A stretch of 41,172 bases of DNA from Acidimicrobiia bacterium. Its GTDB lineage: Bacteria; Actinomycetota; Acidimicrobiia; Spongiisociales; Spongiisociaceae. The notes under the pieces are model-generated. The model was not told the DNA's origin and did no database searches. It saw only the letters and a program-made list of their open reading frames with translations. Where the stretch lies: assembly GCA_041576165.1 (NCBI GenBank), contig JBFGLM010000041.1:1-41172 (forward strand), written 5' to 3'. How positions within the stretch are numbered: position 1 is the stretch's first letter; each line of letters begins with the position of its first letter. Shown in pieces: positions 36,621 to 41,172 of this stretch. A program made the position numbers and the translations under genes.

Positions 36621-36646
36621 AATTACGTTACGGTCCCGTCCGTTAC
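36621..36646. promoter_or_regulatory. Putative TetR operator 1
   Basis: aattacgttacggtcccgtccgttac in the divergent hydrolase/TetR gap; 18/26 identical to 38312-38337. Confidence 0.6.
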
Positions 36647-36657
36647 CATGTCAACCG

Positions 36658-37263
36658 ATGACCCGGCAGACCGAGAACCCGACGGCAGCGCGACGCGGTC
36701 GAGGACGGCCCCGCGACCCGGCGGTCGACGAAATCGTGCTGCAGGCGACCCTGGACGAATTGGCAGAGCGGGGATTCTCCGGCATGTCGATCGACGGCAT
36801 CGCCGCCCGATCGGGGGTCAGCAAACCGTCGATCTACCGACGGTGGGCCAACAAACCGGCCCTTGCCATCGCCGCGCTCACCCTGCTGGTCGCCAGCGAA
36901 GAACCGTTGACCGGCGATGTGGGGGGCGATCTCGCTACGCAAATGCAGTCGGCGTATCGCAATCTGAAGATCTCGGGCGGGGTGCCGCTGATCGGCACCG
37001 TGCTGGCGGAGATGGAACGCCATCCTGAGTTCCTCGAGACCTATCGGGCGGCGCTGCTCGAGCCGCGCCGGGCCACGGTCCGAAAGCTGCTCGAACAAGC
37101 GCAGGGGGAGGGTCGTATCCGTGAGAATGCCGATCTCGATGCCGCGACCCTGGTGCTGCTGGGTTCGATCGTCATTCAGGATCTGGCCGGAGAGCCGTTC
37201 CGCGACGACTGGGCCCGACCGGTTGTGCAGATGGTGCTGGGGGGCCTGGCCCCTTCGAGCTGA
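36658..37263 (+). CDS. TetR/AcrR-family transcriptional regulator
   Basis: GRGRPRD, GFSGMSIDGIAARSGVSKPSIYRRWANK. Confidence 0.95.
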   Translation: MTRQTENPTAARRGRGRPRDPAVDEIVLQATLDELAERGFSGMSIDGIAARSGVSKPSIYRRWANKPALAIAALTLLVASEEPLTGDVGGDLATQMQSAYRNLKISGGVPLIGTVLAEMERHPEFLETYRAALLEPRRATVRKLLEQAQGEGRIRENADLDAATLVLLGSIVIQDLAGEPFRDDWARPVVQMVLGGLAPSS

Positions 37264-37272
37264 AGCTCTGGC

Positions 37273-38289
37273 TCAGCGAAAGGCGGGCATGACCGTCCCT
37301 GCGAAATGGCGGAGCCGGGGAATGCCACCCGCGGGGTCGATGAGGATGACCTGGCCCACCCCGGCCGACTCGAGGGTCTTGAGCCGGACGATGCTGTCGG
37401 CTGGGGTGCCGCCGATCACCGCCTGCTCGGTGTTGGCGCGGGCGTCGTCGTAGAAGGCGTGGTCTTTGACGGTCAGCTCCCGGTCGTCGCCCGGGATCTT
37501 CGACGCTTCTGTCAGGCGGGCGATGAGGGCGAGGCGGTTGTCGATCTCGGCGGCGAGGGCGGCGGGGTCGTCGGTTTCCTGGAGCATGAGGTGGCGGGCG
37601 GCGGTGACATGGGCCGGGTCGAAGGTGCGGCCGTTGCGTTCGATCTCGTCCCGGTACCACTCGACCCGGCGACAGGTCATGTCGATCGTGCCGAACTGGT
37701 CGACCAGGAGGCGCCGGCCTTCGCGGGCGGCTCGGCGGACCGATTCTTCTGACCCGGCGCCCACCCAGATGGGGGGATGGGGCCGCTGGGCGGGAGTCGG
37801 CTCGACGACGATGTCGCGATACGACCAGTATTTGCCCTGGTAGGAGAAGCGGCCGGGCGTGGTCCAGCAGGCGGTGAGGACGTCGAGGCATTCGTTGTAG
37901 CGCTCGTTGGCCTCGTCACCGGGGTCGATGTCGAAGCCGTGGAACTCGTTGGGCCGGTAGCCGCGACCGACCCCGAGGTCGAGCCGCCCCCCGGAGAGAA
38001 GGTCAACGGTGGCGATCTGCTCGGCCAGCAGCACCGGATTGTGCCACGGGAGGACAAGCACCGCGGTCCCGAGCCGGATGGCCGACGTCCGCCCGGCGAT
38101 GTAGGCGAGCAGGCTCAGCACGGCGCTGACCTGCCCCCACCCGGTGAAGTGATGCTCAACGGAAAACGCGGAGTGGTACCCGAGCCGTTCCGCCTCGACG
38201 ACATAGTCGACGTAGTCGGCGTACGCCTGACTGTCAGTCTCGGGATCGTCCGAAGCGCGTTTCGCTCCCCCGAAGAGACCGAACTTCAT
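37273..38289 (-). CDS. LLM-class (luciferase-like) flavin-dependent monooxygenase
   Basis: AERLGYHSAFSVEHHF, IRLGTAVLVLPWHNPVLLAEQIATVDLLSGGRLDLGVGRG, PAQRPHPPIW. Confidence 0.93.
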   Translation of the reverse strand: MKFGLFGGAKRASDDPETDSQAYADYVDYVVEAERLGYHSAFSVEHHFTGWGQVSAVLSLLAYIAGRTSAIRLGTAVLVLPWHNPVLLAEQIATVDLLSGGRLDLGVGRGYRPNEFHGFDIDPGDEANERYNECLDVLTACWTTPGRFSYQGKYWSYRDIVVEPTPAQRPHPPIWVGAGSEESVRRAAREGRRLLVDQFGTIDMTCRRVEWYRDEIERNGRTFDPAHVTAARHLMLQETDDPAALAAEIDNRLALIARLTEASKIPGDDRELTVKDHAFYDDARANTEQAVIGGTPADSIVRLKTLESAGVGQVILIDPAGGIPRLRHFAGTVMPAFR

Positions 38290-38311
38290 CGACTCTGCCT
38301 CCCTCGATCGG

Positions 38312-38337
38312 ATTTACGTGACGATATCGTACGTAAA
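38312..38337. promoter_or_regulatory. Putative TetR operator 2 (near-perfect palindrome)
   Basis: tttacgt(g)acgat|atcgtacgtaaa, just upstream of the LLM gene. Confidence 0.7.
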
Positions 38338-38585
38338 CGTTGGCGGCAAGGTCTCTGCGAACCGGGTTGACGCTCGGCGATAGGTGAACGCAATGCGCAC
38401 GCATTTGGCGACGACACGGGCGTCGTGATCATTCAACCGTGACTCCGAGGTGGCGAGTCGTGTGACACGTGCTCGGTCACCTCGATTACGCCTGCTGTAG
38501 GCTCGGGGCACCGAGAGCCTGCGACCCGCTGCGGTAATTCACCCGAGCGGACAGGTGCAACGCGAGGCAGAAACCGGAGGCCGCC

Positions 38586-39605
38586 ATGGCGAACGTGACC
38601 CTGCAGCAGCACTGGCATCCGATCGCAACGATTGATGAGGTCACCGACCAGCCGCAGCAGTTCACGTTGCTCGGCGAGCGGGTCGTGGCGTTTCGCGACG
38701 CATTGGGTGCGGTGGCACTCAAGGATCTCTGTATTCACAGGGGCGCCGAGCTTTCCGGCGGATGGATCGAAGACGGCTGCCTCACCTGCCCCTATCACGG
38801 CTGGCAGTACGACCGGACCGGCGCGTGCATCGGCATCCCGGCGCTTCCGAGCGACGCCAAGATCCCGCCGAAGGCGCATGCCATCCCCTATCAGGTGCGC
38901 GAGGAGTACGGGCTGGTATGGGTCGCCATGGAGGAACCGGCCCAAGCGTTCCCGGCCTGGCCGTCCGATGCGTGGGAGAACCCGGAGTACCACGTCTTCA
39001 TGGTGAATTCCTACACGTGGGCCACCTCGGCCGGTCGGGCGGTCGAGAACGCGATGGACTTCTCCCACTTCAACTTCGTCCACAAGGGATTCACGGAGCT
39101 GTTCGACGGTCCGCTCATCAAGAAACACGATGTGATCAACACCGAGACCGGCCTCGAGTACTCCTATGACGATGGTGCCCGGCTGCGGGAGTACACGTTG
39201 CACTTCCCGTTCGTGCTGCACGATCGCAAGACTGTCACCGAGGAAGCGCGGACCAGGGGGCTCGAGGGCGGCACCTGGTCGGAGAGCGCTGACTCCAAGC
39301 CCGGCGACGCGACCATTCTCACCTTCATTGCTTCGCCGATCGACGCCAAGAAGACGCGCCTGTACAGCTTCATCGCCCGCAATCACTCGCTCGACAAGGC
39401 AGATGAAGACGTCGCGGAGGGCTTCGACGAGATCATGGAACAGGACCGCCGGGTCGTCGAGGGGCAGCGGCCTGAGGAGATCCCGGTCGACATCCGCGAA
39501 GAGCTCCATCTCCGAGTTCCCGACGCGGCCTCGCTCGCGTACCGCAAGTTACTGCTCGGCGTCGAGCGGTCAGAGATCGCCAAAGCGGTGGCCGACGCCG
39601 ATTAG
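38586..39605 (+). CDS. Rieske non-heme iron oxygenase (VanA/NdmA-type demethylase group)
   Basis: Rieske CIHRG...CPYHGW, mononuclear Fe site ENAMDFSHFNFVH...EQD. RBS GGAGG. Confidence 0.92.
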   Translation: MANVTLQQHWHPIATIDEVTDQPQQFTLLGERVVAFRDALGAVALKDLCIHRGAELSGGWIEDGCLTCPYHGWQYDRTGACIGIPALPSDAKIPPKAHAIPYQVREEYGLVWVAMEEPAQAFPAWPSDAWENPEYHVFMVNSYTWATSAGRAVENAMDFSHFNFVHKGFTELFDGPLIKKHDVINTETGLEYSYDDGARLREYTLHFPFVLHDRKTVTEEARTRGLEGGTWSESADSKPGDATILTFIASPIDAKKTRLYSFIARNHSLDKADEDVAEGFDEIMEQDRRVVEGQRPEEIPVDIREELHLRVPDAASLAYRKLLLGVERSEIAKAVADAD

Positions 39606-39625
39606 CCGGCCGTTGGCTATCCTGC

Positions 39626-39677
39626 TGACCCCCGGCCGAGCTTCTTTTGTAGGCCGCGAATCTCTCGGCGGGTGTCA
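39626..39677. terminator. Inverted repeat after the Rieske gene (terminator/REP-like)
   Basis: Arms tgacccccggccgag / ctcggcgggtgtca. Confidence 0.45.
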
Positions 39678-39778
39678 TCGAGCAACACGATCACCGCCTT
39701 CCGGTTGACACGGATGCGTTCATCCCCAGGGACAGATCGCCATCGAGGCGGCGCGTCGTAACGCGGTGACCACTGGAG

Positions 39779-39807
39779 TTGTAAATTGGATGTTCAAGCG
39801 CCATAAT
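39779..39807 (+). promoter_or_regulatory. Sigma70-type promoter for a probably leaderless TA transcript
   Basis: TTGTAA(39779-84)-17 bp-CATAAT(39802-07), with the ATG 7 nt after the -10 box and no SD sequence. Confidence 0.7.
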
Positions 39808-39813
39808 GGCGCC

Positions 39814-40044
39814 ATGCCGACGATTCAGGTCAAGAACGTCCCCGAGGACACACATCGGGTGCTCCGGCGCAGGGCGGCCGACGCGCATCAGTCGCTGCAG
39901 GAGTACTTGTTGGCGCGTCTCATCGCCCATGCGAGTCGGCCGACGCTGGCTGAGGTCCTCGACCGCATCGAGCATCGCAGCGGCGGACGGGCGCCACTTC
40001 GGGACATCACACGGATGGTTCGGGAGGATCGTGATCGTCGTTGA
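39814..40044 (+). CDS. vapB: FitA/VapB-like ribbon-helix-helix antitoxin
   Basis: MPTIQVKNVPEDTHRVLRRRAADAHQSLQEYL; overlaps the PIN toxin gene. Confidence 0.88.
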   Translation: MPTIQVKNVPEDTHRVLRRRAADAHQSLQEYLLARLIAHASRPTLAEVLDRIEHRSGGRAPLRDITRMVREDRDRR

Positions 40045-40432
40045 TGCGAGCGTGGTCGCCGGCGCGCTGATCGACGACGAGAGCGAGGGTGCGTCGCTCC
40101 GGGACCGGCTCAGGGGAATACAGATGACTGCACCGGAGCTGCTTGATGTGGAGGTGCTGTCGGTCATCCGCCGACTGGTCTCGGCGGGTCAAGTAACAGA
40201 GGCTCGAGCAGAGCAGGCGGCTGGAGATCTGTTCGACCTGCCGGTTGAGCGAGCATCCCACCGACCGCTTATCACCCGCTGCTGGCAACTGCGCAACAGC
40301 CTCTCCCCGTATGACGCCGCGTACGTGGCGCTGGCGGAGGTCCTCGACACCACGCTTCTCACCGCGGACGAACGACTCGCCCAGGCTCCCGGACCAACCT
40401 GCAGGTTCGAGGTGGTGGCTACGACCGGCTGA
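40031..40432 (+). CDS. vapC: VapC PIN-domain toxin
   Basis: IVVDASV, APELLDVEVLSVIRR, LSPYDAAYVALAE, LLTADERL. RBS GGAGGA before GTG 40031. Confidence 0.92.
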   Translation: MIVVDASVVAGALIDDESEGASLRDRLRGIQMTAPELLDVEVLSVIRRLVSAGQVTEARAEQAAGDLFDLPVERASHRPLITRCWQLRNSLSPYDAAYVALAEVLDTTLLTADERLAQAPGPTCRFEVVATTG

Positions 40433-40802
40433 TCGACGAGGGCGCACGAGGTTGGCAATCCGGCCCACCTGCCGATCACCTGGTCGCTGTGACCTCCCAG
40501 GCAGCAGGGATCCGAGGACCGGTCCCGTCGGCCCGGGCGGTTCCGGCGACGATGACACCGGTGCTCGTTGCCGAGACGGCGTCGGCCGTATCGCTGTCGC
40601 CACTCTGGGGGTCGAGCGGCGGCCACCAATCGTTGGCGGCCCTGGCCTCGACGAATCGCTTCTCGGACGCAGGAGTCGGCGTCCACTGCCGCCTGTATGG
40701 CTCCCGGTTGGGACCAGTGCGGCCGCGCCCCGGAGCGTCGGGCTCACCGAGAACGGCAATCCCCCACCGAGCCGCTGCAGTCACGGGTGGCTCTCCCGAG
40801 CA

Positions 40803-41172
40803 TCATTCGACGAGACGGAGCGTGCCGGGGATGTCCATACGTTGCATTTTGCGCACGGTCAGCAGGGGGGCGAGCATGACCGCGACGATGCCCATGACGG
40901 CGACCATGGCCAAGGTCCAGCCGCCGATGATGACCTCGAGGCCAAAGTCTGGAAGGGTGTCGGCCAGCAACTGTTGGGTCATCCACCACACCATGGCGAA
41001 ACCGCCGGCTATGCCGACGACGGTGGCCGCAACGCCGATCAGGAAGCTCTCGACGATCGCCATCCGCAGGGCAGTGCGGATCTTCACACCGAACGCAAAC
41101 ATGGTTGCGTGCTCGCGGGCCCTCGCCTCCAGGTTGATGGCGGCGGTGTTGAAAGCGATGAGCAGCGCCAAC
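40803..41172 (-). CDS. FtsX/MacB-like ABC permease, C-terminal part (runs off the window end)
   Basis: EARAREHATMFAFG...VESFLIG, three TM helices, ending RMDIPGTLRLVE. Confidence 0.85.
   Translation of the reverse strand, partial: LALLIAFNTAAINLEARAREHATMFAFGVKIRTALRMAIVESFLIGVAATVVGIAGGFAMVWWMTQQLLADTLPDFGLEVIIGGWTLAMVAVMGIVAVMLAPLLTVRKMQRMDIPGTLRLVE

Noticed and set aside
35228-36661. 477-aa plus-strand ORF
   Set aside because: Shadow of the ADH and hydrolase genes.
38433-39509. 358-aa minus-strand ORF
   Set aside because: Shadow of the Rieske oxygenase.
1-41172. CRISPR array, tRNA/rRNA, transposase/integrase, known riboswitches (SAM-IV, TPP, guanidine I-III)
   Set aside because: No regularly spaced repeats, cloverleafs, catalytic motifs or consensus riboswitch cores were recognised by eye; an Infernal/tRNAscan run would be needed to exclude them formally.

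Overview
High-GC bacterial DNA. The Cys-containing SLH domains ('GCNPP..FCP'), Asp-box secreted proteins and Thr-rich lipoprotein linkers suggest an Actinomycetota genome, probably Acidimicrobiia (inference). No rRNA, tRNA, CRISPR array, transposase or integrase was recognised. Layout: (1) 1-6.4 kb: partial SARP-type regulator, secreted/surface proteins and a lipoprotein nucleoside-hydrolase homologue with a divergent active-site motif. (2) 6.6-21.2 kb: a GntR-associated catabolic island with a split sugar-type ABC transporter, amidase, alpha/beta hydrolase, two cupins, deacetylase, PhyH dioxygenase, amidohydrolase, SDR, quinone reductase, a stand-alone lipoyl domain and an AcoAB-like E1 with no E2 core or E3. 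It has two matching palindromic operators and is bracketed by a ~45-bp direct repeat. (3) 21.3-33.3 kb: RidA, a VapC remnant, an acidic secreted protein plus OmpR/BaeS-type two-component pair, an output-less membrane sensor, a caspase-like CHAT protease fused to BON-like repeats, a TM helix and an LPxTG signal, an SLH/excalibur-like protein, and a frameshifted pseudogene. (4) 33.8-39.6 kb: a TetR-associated cluster (two Zn-ADHs, hydrolase, LLM monooxygenase, Rieske oxygenase without reductase) with two matching operators. (5) A FitAB/VapBC toxin-antitoxin pair and a partial ABC permease. The best novelty candidates are the CHAT-BON-TM-BON-LPxTG protein and the catabolic island with a possibly split AcoC. 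All calls come from motif recognition by eye; no searches were run.
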